Below, in pieces: positions 46,262 through 55,490 of a DNA stretch of 64,000 bases. The DNA is from Parcubacteria group bacterium Gr01-1014_3 (lineage in GTDB: Bacteria > Patescibacteriota > Minisyncoccia > UBA6257 > WO2-44-18), in assembly GCA_007376445.1 (NCBI GenBank), contig VMGF01000002.1:13673-77672 (forward strand). The letters are read 5' to 3'. Position numbers and translations under genes: made by a program. The notes under the pieces are model-generated. The model made no database searches and was not told where the DNA came from. It was given only the letters and a program-made list of their open reading frames with translations. Numbering within the stretch: the first letter of the stretch is position 1; every line of letters starts with the position of its first letter.

Positions 46262-46930
46262 ATGGCTCTAAAGGGCGATGAAGTCGCGTATCTGATAGCT
46301 GATTTGAGAAAACAAAGAGAAGAGCTGGCGCTACAAGATTTTCACTATAAGATTGGCTGGAATGAAGCTGATCTTTATGATCTCTTCAAGCAGTTCGAGG
46401 ATACAATTATGCAAGTGGCTTACAGCGAATTATTTACGCTGACACCGGGCCGGTTGCCATTTTTGGTGGTCTTTCCGCCATCTAGCGCGGCAAACGAAGA
46501 CAAGCTCAAGGAGCGTCTGGCTATGCTTGGTTTTTCGGCAACAATGAATCAGATTCAGGTTAAGTTGTCTCAGATTGAAGACATAGAAAAAGAGGGGAGT
46601 TATCCTTATATAATTTTTGATGTTGACCCGGGATATCTCATGAAAGACACGCGCTATTCCGCGGTTGTTCTTCAACAAATGAAACCGGTTCGTAGGCGGC
46701 TAACATTCTTTGAAGCAGTTTCGATGGCGCCTAAAATCAAGGTGAACTTTCAAATCGTGATAACTGGAGCTCGTTACATAGACGAAGACACCTCTCCGGC
46801 AATTGATTTTGCCATGTCAAAAGCGGCGCCAATCATTAACCACTTCGATCTGAACAATACTAGCGCCCGCATCGGAATACCTTCTTGCGTGGAACCAGAG
46901 GTTTATAAATCCAAAACTGCCGTCTATTAA
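46262..46930 (+). CDS. hypothetical protein
   Basis: 222-aa ORF with a terminator at 46929-46952. No domain recognised. Confidence 0.4.
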   Translation: MALKGDEVAYLIADLRKQREELALQDFHYKIGWNEADLYDLFKQFEDTIMQVAYSELFTLTPGRLPFLVVFPPSSAANEDKLKERLAMLGFSATMNQIQVKLSQIEDIEKEGSYPYIIFDVDPGYLMKDTRYSAVVLQQMKPVRRRLTFFEAVSMAPKIKVNFQIVITGARYIDEDTSPAIDFAMSKAAPIINHFDLNNTSARIGIPSCVEPEVYKSKTAVY

Positions 46931-46952
46931 CTGCCCCAATGGGCAGTTTTTA
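46929..46952 (+). terminator. rho-independent terminator
   Basis: ctgccccaatgggcag followed by TTTTTATTT. Confidence 0.7.
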
Positions 46953-46960
46953 TTTGCTTG

Positions 46961-47023
46961 CCAGGAAGTGAAAATTCGACTGTTTTGGACTCATTTCCGG
47001 ATGGTCGAATTTCTACTTCCTGG
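46961..47023. repeat. conserved 20-bp-stem hairpin element, copy R2
   Basis: ccaggaagtgaaaattcgac…gtcgaatttctacttcctgg. Both arms and the cttgccagg/cctggcttg flanks are near-identical to R1. Confidence 0.6.
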
Positions 47024-47090
47024 CTTGAATCCCGATGTAAACCAGAGTAAGATTATCTTTATCCGTTCCTTGAAAATAAAGGAGAAACAT

Positions 47091-48884
47091 ATGAAGGAAG
47101 AGAAAATCATCTCTTTCGGCGAGTATTTGGATCGCGTTAAAAAGGATCCGCAAATCGTTACGACGGCGCATCAGCTAATCTATAACGCCATTATGAAGAA
47201 GGGTGTCGAGAAGGTGTTCGGAGAGCTTTACGGCATAGATTCGGTGATTGAAGAGGTCGTGGACTACTTCGGCAAGGCTAGTTTGGGTGGCGGACGATCG
47301 AAACGATTCTTGTTCTTGCTTGGCCCTCCGAGTTCTGGAAAGAGCACGATCGCGCGAGCGATTGCCTGGGCTATTGATGATGAGCCAATCTATTGCATTG
47401 AAGGCTGTCCAATCCGTGATCAGCCTATTTATCTTTTGAAGCGGCGTGATCGTTTGGCGCTGGCCAAAGAACTTGGCATCTATCTCCCAGAAGGGGATAT
47501 CTGCCCGGTTTGCCGGAAGCGGCTAAAAACCGAGTTCGACTATGATTACACGAAGTTCAAGGTTAAGATCGATAAAATTTCTGTCCGATCGTTCAATGGT
47601 TTTGCCTCGGTAGATCCCACGGATCCGATGTCATTTGATAAAGCGCGGCTGATCGGTTCGGTAACTCTTGGCGAAAAAGAAGGTAATCCGGACAACTTTG
47701 AGTTGGACGGCGCGATTCTTCGCGGTAATCGTGGCGCGCTTGAATTAGTGGAAATCTTAAAGAATCTGACTGAAGCTCTGTACGTTCTTATCGAAGCAAC
47801 CCAGAGTAAGACTATCGAATCTCCCGCGGGCCGCACTGAAAAGATCTATGTCGATCTCGCGATCATCAGCCATTCCAATGAAGCGGAGTGGGTAAAGTTT
47901 TATTCCGATAAAAAGAACGAAGCCCTGCTGGATCGCATGCACGTGATCAATGTGCCGCATAATATCCGGCTCGACGATCAGATTAGAGTTCTGAAGGGTA
48001 TGAGTATCGCGACACCACGCCAGAGCCTTAATTATCATGTTAATCCGCTTAGTCTTAAGTTGGTCGCGGCCTTTACGGTCATGACGCGCTTACAGATTGG
48101 CGGTGAAACTGATGCTGATGAAGCGTTAGCGCGGATGCTGGCCTACAACGGCTTGATTGCCGAAGGGTCGGATGCAACACCCGCGACGCTGATGAAGCAA
48201 TATCCTCGCGATGGCTGGCAAGGCATTTCTAACCGGGATGGCGCGGAAATCTTGGAAATGTCCCTGTCTATGAAACAGTCGGATAAAGAGATGTGCATTG
48301 ATCCGATCTCTGTCCTGGATGCAATTGATAAGTTCATCTCACAAGACACGAATAAGAAATTTTCAGTTAAAGAAAAGGCTAATTGGCCGCCTCTTGCTAC
48401 CATCCTCAAAAAGGACTTTGCGCGGGAAGCCGCCAAGCAATTCTGCACGATCGCTGAAGAATCTACCCAGCTTTGCACCGATACTTTTGAAAAGTATCTG
48501 GAAGCTATCCGTAATTTGCTGAATCGCGTTGAGCTGAATGATCAGCAAAAAGACCTGGTAACTTATGTCGAGAACGGCTGGCGCGATAAAAGTGACGACG
48601 AAAAAAACGATAAACGCTCTGATATCAGTCGCCATATCCACTCATTCACGGAAGCCTCCGAGGATATGAAAACCGGTGTTTATAACTATATCAACAGCAC
48701 CGTCATTATTGATGTCATCAGCCGGCTCCTCTTGAGCGAGCAGGAGCTGACCAGTTTAGATAAACAGAACGACTGGCTCAATCTGGATCAGTTCGTAAAA
48801 GAAAAGTTCGAAAAGCTGAACTATTGTCCGAAGTGCCTGCGCCGAGTAGCGCATTGGCTCAAGGATAATCAGAAGTTTCCTTAA
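47091..48884 (+). CDS. prkA: PrkA-family serine protein kinase (AAA ATPase + kinase-like)
   Basis: Start trimmed to ATG at 47091 after AAGGAG. P-loop LLGPPSSGKST. C-terminal PrkA_C region. Followed by yeaH- and spoVR-like genes. Confidence 0.8.
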   Translation: MKEEKIISFGEYLDRVKKDPQIVTTAHQLIYNAIMKKGVEKVFGELYGIDSVIEEVVDYFGKASLGGGRSKRFLFLLGPPSSGKSTIARAIAWAIDDEPIYCIEGCPIRDQPIYLLKRRDRLALAKELGIYLPEGDICPVCRKRLKTEFDYDYTKFKVKIDKISVRSFNGFASVDPTDPMSFDKARLIGSVTLGEKEGNPDNFELDGAILRGNRGALELVEILKNLTEALYVLIEATQSKTIESPAGRTEKIYVDLAIISHSNEAEWVKFYSDKKNEALLDRMHVINVPHNIRLDDQIRVLKGMSIATPRQSLNYHVNPLSLKLVAAFTVMTRLQIGGETDADEALARMLAYNGLIAEGSDATPATLMKQYPRDGWQGISNRDGAEILEMSLSMKQSDKEMCIDPISVLDAIDKFISQDTNKKFSVKEKANWPPLATILKKDFAREAAKQFCTIAEESTQLCTDTFEKYLEAIRNLLNRVELNDQQKDLVTYVENGWRDKSDDEKNDKRSDISRHIHSFTEASEDMKTGVYNYINSTVIIDVISRLLLSEQELTSLDKQNDWLNLDQFVKEKFEKLNYCPKCLRRVAHWLKDNQKFP

Positions 48885-48963
48885 TTATATAACCCCGATT
48901 TACATCGGGGTTATTTTTGTTAAGATTATGGCAGTCTTTTCATAACTAAATAAGAGGTGCTAA

Positions 48964-50067
48964 ATGACTCTCAAAGACAGCCGTAACGACAAAGTTACGC
49001 CGCAAACAAGCTGGGATATTCATCGCCATCAGTCCAAATTAAGACGCGCGCTACGTGAACAGATCGAGGAGATCATTCTAAGCCAACCGGTGATAACTGG
49101 TAATCCCGATAAAGTCATTCAGATACCAGTCCGATCGTTACAAGAATTTACTTTTCAATTCAAAGACGGCGGGGGAGCGGGTAAGTTCGTGGAAGGCATT
49201 CCCAAAAAAGCCGGCACTAAGGCTGGTCAGGAAATGATCGAAGCGGACATTCGTCTACAACTCGCGATCGAACTGATGATGGAAGATCTGGAGATCCTCG
49301 ACTTATTCCGCGCTATTGAAGAGGGAGAGCGGGTCCCTAGAAGCCGCACACGGCCATGGGGAAAGAAACATTATGGTAACCGGGCTCGTCTGATGAAGCG
49401 GGAAACCGTAAAAAATAAATTGGCCAGAGTACGAGCGACCAAGTCTCAATCCAAGGCATTCAAAGCGGAAGATAGCCGTTATCGGCACTTCAAAGAAACA
49501 CCAGACGGCGATTACCGCGCGGTGATATTCTATATTATGGATATTTCGGGCTCCATGGATGGCCGAAAACTCTATCTTTGCCGGGCGCTTAATTACTGCA
49601 TTAACCAGTATCTCAGGCAGATATATAGCGAAGTGCAGGCGCGATTTATCGTCCATGAAGCGAAGGCCGAAGAAAAGACTGAGGAAGAATTTTTCCGGAC
49701 AAAATCGAATGGCGGCACGCAACTATCCACCGGGACCGAAGAAGCCCTAAAAATCATCGATCGGGATTATTCTAATGGGGATTGGGACATTTATGCCTGG
49801 CATGCCACGGATGGCGATAATTCTTCGCAAGATAACCCCATGTTCGCGAAAGAACTTGGTAAACTATCAGAAAAAGCCCGCGCTATCATGCTTTGTGAAA
49901 CTGATACATCGATCGGATCGGCTAGTCAGTCGGATGCCCTGAAAGAACTGCGCGAAAAGGTTAACAACTTTTTTGTGTTCTTATTGGACCGGAAAGAAGG
50001 CATCCGCGACACCTTAAAAGGTATGCTGGAAGTCCTTAAAGAAAGGAGCGGGGTCAATGAAAGATAA
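48964..50067 (+). CDS. YeaH/YhbH (DUF444, vWA-like) protein
   Basis: FYIMDISGSMDG metal-ion-site-like motif. Conserved position between prkA and spoVR. Confidence 0.75.
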   Translation: MTLKDSRNDKVTPQTSWDIHRHQSKLRRALREQIEEIILSQPVITGNPDKVIQIPVRSLQEFTFQFKDGGGAGKFVEGIPKKAGTKAGQEMIEADIRLQLAIELMMEDLEILDLFRAIEEGERVPRSRTRPWGKKHYGNRARLMKRETVKNKLARVRATKSQSKAFKAEDSRYRHFKETPDGDYRAVIFYIMDISGSMDGRKLYLCRALNYCINQYLRQIYSEVQARFIVHEAKAEEKTEEEFFRTKSNGGTQLSTGTEEALKIIDRDYSNGDWDIYAWHATDGDNSSQDNPMFAKELGKLSEKARAIMLCETDTSIGSASQSDALKELREKVNNFFVFLLDRKEGIRDTLKGMLEVLKERSGVNER

Positions 50068-51358
50068 TGAATTCAAGAAGCTCGATAAATGGATCATTAA
50101 GATCGAAGATCGGGCCAGGGAATTCGGGCTTAAATTCCGCGCCCAAAACTTCACGGTATGCAGCGCGGAAAAAATGTTGGAGAAAGAAGCCCAGCTCGGC
50201 GGCTACGATCTTTATTCGCATTGGAGCTTTGGTAAACGATTTGCGAAGAGCAAGACGCTTTACACGTATAAGTATCACTTCTTACCATATGAAATGGTCA
50301 TTAATACTGATCCTTGCGATGCCTGCTTGTTAGACAGCAATCCGCTGACATACAACCTGCTGGTTGCCGCGCATGTCTATGGGCACAACGATTTTTTCTG
50401 CAATAATCTGATGTTTAAGGATACGGAGCCAAAATACATTCAGATGTATCTCCGTGAAGGCGGCCGAAGGATCGAGGAATATATCCGGAACCCCAGGATC
50501 GGGCTCGAGAACGTGGAGAGCTTGCTGGACGCGGCTCACGCAGTTTGGATGATTAATGACTCGGCCGGAAGGAGTTTCTTGGACTTCGTGCTTCGTGATT
50601 TTGAGCATCTTAGCGATTATGAACGGGATATTTTAAAAACCGTTGATACCTGGTCCAGGCATGTCCGCGGGAATATGAAAACCAAAGTCATGAACGAAGG
50701 GTGGGCGACTTACTGGCACTGGAAGATCGTCGAAAGCTTTTCCAGCGAGATCAAGAGCGAATTCGGTCCGTCAGCCTATGTTGATGAGATGCTGGAGATG
50801 CATAGAGGGGTCGTCAGGCTTCCCAATAATCTCAAAAGCCTTAATCCATACCGGGTTGGGCTTCTCACTTGGGAAAAGATCTGGAATGATCTTATGTGGA
50901 ATCAAAAATTTTCGCCCGTGGATTTTTTCAACATCCGGGCCGGAAAAACGGATGTTGAGTTCATCTCGGAACATTTCCGCGGTGAACCACTGATCTACGA
51001 GAAATTCTTAAAACCGATCCTCAAGGCTAACGGAGTTAGTCAAAAGATTGATGTTGCCGGCGAAACAGAAAAATACCGTAAAATGATTATTGGATCCTGC
51101 GGAGAAATTCTGATCCCGAGATTCAATTTCTACATTGATAAAACACCTTCCGGAAGATCACTCATGCTGATTCATGTTTTTGATGGCAGAGAGTTGGAAA
51201 GGGGAGTAATACTCCATAATACCGTTAAATTGATCCATCGTATTTGGCCAGGGGAAATTATTCTCAAAACCGTTGGATCCGAAAAAGGCGGTAAAAAGAA
51301 CATCGCGCTGGTCTGGCGCAATGGAGAATTCCAGAAAATTGAAATGCCGGCGAGTTAG
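50057..51358 (+). CDS. SpoVR/YcgB-family protein
   Basis: Size and position as the third gene of the prkA-yeaH-ycgB trio. Confidence 0.7.
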   Translation: MKDNEFKKLDKWIIKIEDRAREFGLKFRAQNFTVCSAEKMLEKEAQLGGYDLYSHWSFGKRFAKSKTLYTYKYHFLPYEMVINTDPCDACLLDSNPLTYNLLVAAHVYGHNDFFCNNLMFKDTEPKYIQMYLREGGRRIEEYIRNPRIGLENVESLLDAAHAVWMINDSAGRSFLDFVLRDFEHLSDYERDILKTVDTWSRHVRGNMKTKVMNEGWATYWHWKIVESFSSEIKSEFGPSAYVDEMLEMHRGVVRLPNNLKSLNPYRVGLLTWEKIWNDLMWNQKFSPVDFFNIRAGKTDVEFISEHFRGEPLIYEKFLKPILKANGVSQKIDVAGETEKYRKMIIGSCGEILIPRFNFYIDKTPSGRSLMLIHVFDGRELERGVILHNTVKLIHRIWPGEIILKTVGSEKGGKKNIALVWRNGEFQKIEMPAS

Positions 51359-51363
51359 ATAAC

Positions 51364-51395
51364 GGCCGCGTAGCCCTAGGGGAGCGCGGCCTTTT
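51364..51395 (+). terminator. rho-independent terminator
   Basis: ggccgcgtagccctaggggagcgcggcc followed by TTTT. Confidence 0.65.
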
Positions 51396-51537
51396 AATTT
51401 TCCTACGGAAAATTACCCCGCCATAGGCGGTGGTTTCTCCTTATGTACCTGTCGCACAAGATATATTTTGCGACATATGTCATAGGGATGTTCGGGAGTA
51501 CTAAAAAGACCCCTTCTCAGGGGCCTCTTTAGTTAAC

Positions 51538-51984
51538 TTACGGAGTCTGCTGACCTTCCTTGTATCGCTTGATGGCTTGTACTACCTGGGAGTCGTCTAC
51601 TAGATTCTCCACGAAAATTATGTGATCTTTGTTAATTTTCATTAAGTCATCCGGACGATGTAATTCCACGGTGCCAAGCTTCACCAGGCTCAACTGCTGG
51701 GTCGGCTGAGGGGTCTTTTGGCCCTGAACCGGCTGCAATACCTGATTAACCTGCAGATAGTAGATATCGGTCAATCTTGGGAAATTCGAGTTCAGATCGG
51801 ATAATTTACCGAAATAAACCTGTCCATTAGACAAGAATACCGCCTGGAAACTGGATCCTGAACCGAGTATCGGTAAGGAAAAACCATTCTGCCAGAGATA
51901 ACCGCCTAAGGCGACCAAGAACACTACCGCAAGCAATAAAACGACCCAGAAAACCTTTTTTGAAGACTTTGCTGATGATTCCAT
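51538..51984 (-). CDS. hypothetical protein with one N-terminal TM
   Basis: VFWVVLLLAVVFLVALGGYLW hydrophobic anchor. Terminator hairpin at 51508-51531 on the minus strand. Confidence 0.4.
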   Translation of the reverse strand: MESSAKSSKKVFWVVLLLAVVFLVALGGYLWQNGFSLPILGSGSSFQAVFLSNGQVYFGKLSDLNSNFPRLTDIYYLQVNQVLQPVQGQKTPQPTQQLSLVKLGTVELHRPDDLMKINKDHIIFVENLVDDSQVVQAIKRYKEGQQTP

Positions 51985-52165
51985 TGTAAAATATTAATTC
52001 AAAAAGCCGACCTTTTATTAAGTTTGTACCACTTAATTATATTACTCTGGCGCAAGCCGTCAAATCGGCCGTGTGAATAAGTTTATTGTTTTCTCTGAGC
52101 GAAGCTCAGTCAGAAACAATAAACCCCGCCTTTTTGCGCGCAGCGAAAAGGGAGGGGTAAATTCA

Positions 52166-52930
52166 TTATATTAGCGTTAAAATCTCAGCTCCATCATCTG
52201 TTATAACCACCGTATGTTCAAAGTGGGCCGACAAGCTGCCGTCTTCCGTGGAATAACTGTCATCGTCATTCATAACTATCTCGGATGTTCCGGCGCTGAC
52301 CATCGGCTCGATCGCAAGAACCATTCCAGCTTTCAATTCTAATCCCTTGCCTCTTTCTCCTTCATTAAAGACGCTCGGATCTTCGTGAAGTTCACGGCCA
52401 ACGCCATGGCCGGTCAAGCCCTCAACCACCTTAAATCCAGCTTTTTTTACAGTAGAGCTGATAGCCCAACCGATATCGCCAAGGTGATTGCCCGGCTTAA
52501 CCTGTTTAATACCCTCAAAAAGGGCTTTTTCGGTCGTTTTAAGCAGCTTTTGGGCTGTATTAGTAGTTTCACCAATACCTATCGTCCAGGCCGCGTCAGC
52601 GTAAAATCCTTCATAAATCACCCCAAAATCTAGCTTGAGTAAATCCCCGCTTTTTAATTTATAATTTATCGGCACACCATGGACAACGACATCATTTAAA
52701 GATGTACAAATAGTGCATGGATATGGTTTTTCCGCGCCGTATGGTTTGTATCCCAGGAAAGCTGGCCGGCCACCTTCTTTGGTAATCAATTTCTTGGCGA
52801 GAGCATCCAGGGTCTTTAAGCTGACGCCTTCTTTCGCTTCGGCTAACACAACCTTGGCGACTTTCGCCAAAATCTGCCCAGCCGCTCTGATTTTAGCTAT
52901 TTCGTCTTTGGTTTTTATGAGGACAGACAT
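52166..52930 (-). CDS. map: methionine aminopeptidase type I
   Basis: Metal-binding Asp and His residues in conserved contexts (DAAWT, HGVGRELHE, AIEPM). Confidence 0.9.
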   Translation of the reverse strand: MSVLIKTKDEIAKIRAAGQILAKVAKVVLAEAKEGVSLKTLDALAKKLITKEGGRPAFLGYKPYGAEKPYPCTICTSLNDVVVHGVPINYKLKSGDLLKLDFGVIYEGFYADAAWTIGIGETTNTAQKLLKTTEKALFEGIKQVKPGNHLGDIGWAISSTVKKAGFKVVEGLTGHGVGRELHEDPSVFNEGERGKGLELKAGMVLAIEPMVSAGTSEIVMNDDDSYSTEDGSLSAHFEHTVVITDDGAEILTLI

Positions 52931-52943
52931 ATAAAGTTATGGG

Positions 52944-53052
52944 GAATTTTAAATTTCCAATTTTAAATTTTAATTGAATGAATAAATTACAAAATTTGAG
53001 ATTTAATCATTGAAAATTAATTTAAAATTTATAATTAAAAATTGAAAATTAT
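52944..53052. repeat. AT-rich ~110-bp intergenic repeat, copy D (between adk and map)
   Basis: tcattgaaaattaatttaaaatttataattaaaaattgaaaatta is identical to the 3' half of copy A. Confidence 0.55.
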
Positions 53053-53774
53053 CTGTTTAGTAGTTTAATTACTTTCTTATGTACTTCGTACGGAGCCGGT
53101 TCGCCGTCGATTTCGTTAACTTTGTATCCCCGCTTTTTTATTTCGGAAATGATCGGCGCCGTGCGCTTTTCGTACTCTATAAGCCGAGCCTTGATAACCT
53201 CCGGATCATCTAATGTCCGCTTCCGTAAATGCCCGCCGCAAACTGGGCAGGTCGTGTGGTGATGAGTTGTGTCATTGTACATTATCACCGTCCCGCATGC
53301 CGAGCAGATCTTTCGGTTGCTATTGCGCTGAATCGAGCTGGCTGACTTAACCTTAAGTAAGATCACGGAAATATTTTTCTTCCCATAAACATTTTCAAGA
53401 AACGCGATCAGGCCACCAGTCGAAGACTTTGGAGAAGTTTTTTCTCCGGAATCCGGGTCATACATGCTCCCGAAAGCCTCATAGAGCGTCCTTGGCGAAC
53501 CGCTATAAACCACGCTAAAACCCGCCTTAGCTATCTCCCCTGTCTTTTCTTTAACGATTTTCAAAACCCAGGTTGGTGAAAGTAATTTACCGGTATCAAA
53601 TAATTTCGCTTCTTTTTTAATTTCCGGATTTTTTTGCTTGTCTTCGTCATGAACTATTAACTCCAGAAATTTCCCGGTATCAAAATGGATCAAGCCTTTG
53701 GCGGCTGATAGCAAATTCGCCTGTGTCCCCTTCCCTGCCCCAGGAGCTCCGTAGATTATGACCGCTTTCTTCAT
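53049..53774 (-). CDS. adk: adenylate kinase with zinc-ribbon lid
   Basis: GAPGAGKGTQ P-loop. Lid CSACG…CPVCG. Confidence 0.9.
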   Translation of the reverse strand: MKKAVIIYGAPGAGKGTQANLLSAAKGLIHFDTGKFLELIVHDEDKQKNPEIKKEAKLFDTGKLLSPTWVLKIVKEKTGEIAKAGFSVVYSGSPRTLYEAFGSMYDPDSGEKTSPKSSTGGLIAFLENVYGKKNISVILLKVKSASSIQRNSNRKICSACGTVIMYNDTTHHHTTCPVCGGHLRKRTLDDPEVIKARLIEYEKRTAPIISEIKKRGYKVNEIDGEPAPYEVHKKVIKLLNR

Positions 53775-53795
53775 AAAAAAATTCTAACGTTTTAA

Positions 53796-53824
53796 AATTA
53801 AAAATACCAGCTATAAGCTGGTAT
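53796..53824 (-). terminator. intra-operon hairpin (terminator/attenuator-like) between the small ORF and adk
   Basis: On the minus strand, ataccagcttatagctggtat is followed by TTTTTAATTTT. Confidence 0.45.
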
Positions 53825-53836
53825 TACGAAATTAGA

Positions 53837-54139
53837 CTAATCGATGGTTCTCACGGTGGCTGACTTGAAAAGCCAACCAGAAAACACATAGATCTTGACG
53901 CGCTTTCCCGCGGGGTTGATAGCATCAGCGGTAAACCGAACGACATCCTCTTTGCTCCCGCCTTTTAAAGGTACAAACCAGACATCTCGATCTAATATCT
54001 TGATATTAGTGAAACCGAAATTATCAAGCGCCTTAACAGCCACGCTCTCATCTACAAAAATTCCGGTCGGGAAAATGAACAGTACGAAGAAAATCAGCGT
54101 GATAAGCAAGTAAAACCACCCGACTCTTTTTTCGGACAT
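53837..54139 (-). CDS. small membrane hypothetical protein between secY and adk
   Basis: 100-aa ORF with an N-terminal TM (WFYLLITLIFFVLFIF). Confidence 0.4.
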   Translation of the reverse strand: MSEKRVGWFYLLITLIFFVLFIFPTGIFVDESVAVKALDNFGFTNIKILDRDVWFVPLKGGSKEDVVRFTADAINPAGKRVKIYVFSGWLFKSATVRTID

Positions 54140-54206
54140 AACACCCCCCTATCAAGGAACACACTAAATACTAACAAAATATCTTAAGGTTGTCAATAAC
54201 GCTATC

Positions 54207-55475
54207 TTAGACTCCGTCGTATTCGCGGAGAGCTAGCTGGGCGTCAATCTGCTTCATCGTTTCTAAGACTACTGAAACCACGATCAACAAAGCCGTGCCA
54301 CCGATGGCGAGAGTTTGAACACCGGTTAAGTATTGCGTAATCGTCGGCAAGACCGCGATAAGACCCAAGAAAAGCGCGCCGAACAGAGTGATCCTGTGAG
54401 TCAGTTTCGATAAGAAATCCGCCGTCGGCTCACCGGGACGAATACCCGGCACGAACCCACCGCCTTGCTGAAGATTCTTAGAAATTGCTTTTGGATCAAA
54501 GGAGATTGAAGTGTAGAAGTAGGTAAAAACCACAACCAATCCAAAATAAACCAGTCCGTAAACCAGCTGATTACCCAGGAAGTTGGTCACGATGGTTTGC
54601 AAGCGGACGGAAAGATCCACGTTAAAAAGCGCTACGATCTGGCTGGCGAACTGCGGGAATAGTAATAGCGAAATCGCGAAGATGATCGGAATCACACCGG
54701 CCTGATTGATCTTCAACGGAAGATAGCTGGCCACACCACCGAAGACACGATTACCACGAATACGCTTAGCATAAGAAACCGGCACCTTGCGCTCGCCTTC
54801 GTTAATAAAGACTACGCCAGCGATGATCGCTAACGCTAACGCCAAGAAAGCTATGTAAATCGGTATTTGAGACGGGGTGTAGCTCAAAAACAAATTACGA
54901 ACCGCCGATGGAACTCCTTGGACGATGCCCGCGAAAATAATAAGTGAAATACCGCTACCGAGTTTTTGCTCGTTGATCAGCTCACCGATCCAGGTCAGGA
55001 TCATACTGCCAGTCGCGATGATTAAAACATTGTGAAGTAATTCAAAATTACTCAAGGTAGTCACGATCTGCTGGCTCTTCAAAAGATTTAAAAAGGCGTA
55101 AGACTGCAAGGCCGCGAGCGGAACAGTCAGGTAGCGGGAATACCGATTAAACTTTGCCCGGCCGGCCGAGCCTTCTTCTTGGTACATCTGCTTCAAAGAA
55201 GGAAAGATCATCGTCAAAAGCTGCATGATGATCGAAGCCGTGATGTATGGGCCGACACCCAACATCATGATCGAAAGGTTGCTCAAACCGCCGCCGGAGA
55301 ACAAATTAAAAAAACCGAAGATTTGGCTGGAGTTCAAAAAAGCCGCTAAACGGACAGAGTCGATACCCGGGATCGGAATCGCGGCCAGTAAACGAAAAGC
55401 CACTAGACCGAGAGCGATCAGGAGGACCTTATTCCGGATTTCTTTTACTTTAAAAAGCTGTGCGAGCTTATTCAT
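54207..55475 (-). CDS. secY: preprotein translocase subunit SecY
   Basis: Ten TM segments. Conserved SecY motifs (GxGxSLIIFAGIV-like). Position after rplO. Confidence 0.95.
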   Translation of the reverse strand: MNKLAQLFKVKEIRNKVLLIALGLVAFRLLAAIPIPGIDSVRLAAFLNSSQIFGFFNLFSGGGLSNLSIMMLGVGPYITASIIMQLLTMIFPSLKQMYQEEGSAGRAKFNRYSRYLTVPLAALQSYAFLNLLKSQQIVTTLSNFELLHNVLIIATGSMILTWIGELINEQKLGSGISLIIFAGIVQGVPSAVRNLFLSYTPSQIPIYIAFLALALAIIAGVVFINEGERKVPVSYAKRIRGNRVFGGVASYLPLKINQAGVIPIIFAISLLLFPQFASQIVALFNVDLSVRLQTIVTNFLGNQLVYGLVYFGLVVVFTYFYTSISFDPKAISKNLQQGGGFVPGIRPGEPTADFLSKLTHRITLFGALFLGLIAVLPTITQYLTGVQTLAIGGTALLIVVSVVLETMKQIDAQLALREYDGV

Positions 55476-55490
55476 GAGTAATGTCTAAGT

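Noticed and set aside
46968-47090. ORF-track extension of prkA starting at GTG 46968
   Set aside because: The extension runs through hairpin R2 and has no RBS. ATG 47091, preceded by AAGGAG, gives the conserved PrkA N-terminus.
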